Below the pieces are notes generated by a model. It saw nothing but the letters and a program-made list of their open reading frames with translations, made no database searches and had not been told where the DNA came from. Made by a program: the position numbers and the translations under genes. Positions 63,951-64,000 of a DNA stretch of 64,000 nt are shown piece after piece. The stretch is from Bdellovibrio sp. ZAP7 (GTDB taxonomy: Bacteria; Bdellovibrionota; FAC87; UBA2466), in assembly GCA_945878405.1 (NCBI GenBank), contig CAMCTJ010000007.1:74779-138778 (forward strand), in the 5' to 3' direction. Numbering within the stretch: the first letter of the stretch is position 1; every line of letters starts with the position of its first letter.

Positions 63951-64000
63951 AGGACGGAATAAATGAAACGACAGTTTGAGTGTCCCAGGCTCAGAGGGGG

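Noticed and set aside
1-64000. Search for a CRISPR array, rRNA, IS transposase or toxin-antitoxin pair
   Set aside because: None found. The only regularly spaced repeats are the three 20-bp palindromes (kilobases apart) and the intragenic protein-coding duplications in the giant gene.

Overview
This 64 kb window looks like a chromosomal segment of a Gram-negative, flagellated bacterium with about 48-50% GC. The gene content (a carotenoid operon, MopE-like Cys/Asp-rich repeats, a giant secreted protein) would fit a Bdellovibrio-like or Myxococcota-like organism, but that is inference only.

Gene content, left to right:
- Housekeeping genes: RNase D 3' end, xthA, cutA, an acyl-CoA dehydrogenase and an Slt lytic transglycosylase.
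- A tightly overlapping carotenoid operon: crtY, crtE, a fused crtI-crtB, a small membrane protein and an AsmA-family protein.
- tRNA-Gln, a phenylalanine-hydroxylase-like gene and HU.
- A flagellar rod/ring/hook-junction cluster: flgF-G-A-H-I, a short flgJ, flgM, flgN, flgK, flgL, csrA and fliW, with a convergent small SLT enzyme.
- A Wzc-like polysaccharide co-polymerase/tyrosine kinase, an ArfB-like GGQ protein and a tyrosine recombinase.
- ahcY, an OPT transporter, tRNA-Met, and a VKOR fused to two thioredoxin domains.
- An M14 carboxypeptidase, two GT1 glycosyltransferases and the riboflavin operon ribE-ribBA-ribH.
- An accessory-looking locus at roughly 45.6-62.4 kb.

The accessory locus is the most interesting part:
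- Three copies of a 20-bp 8-4-8 palindrome (TTGTGAAG-NNNN-CTTCACAA) sit at its boundaries and in front of a 2892-aa secreted giant protein.
- The giant protein carries thrombospondin-type-3-like Ca-binding repeats, MopE-like repeats, four concanavalin-A/LamG-like modules, Ig/He_PIG and FN3 domains, and two sets of nearly identical intragenic DNA duplications.
- It is flanked by five glycosyltransferase genes plus a GT2 pseudogene remnant on one side.
- On the other side is a polyprenol-phosphate GT2 / PMT-ArnT-like membrane GT / SAM-methyltransferase trio.
- Together this suggests a dedicated surface-glycoprotein or adhesin system.

No CRISPR array, rRNA or obvious transposase was found.
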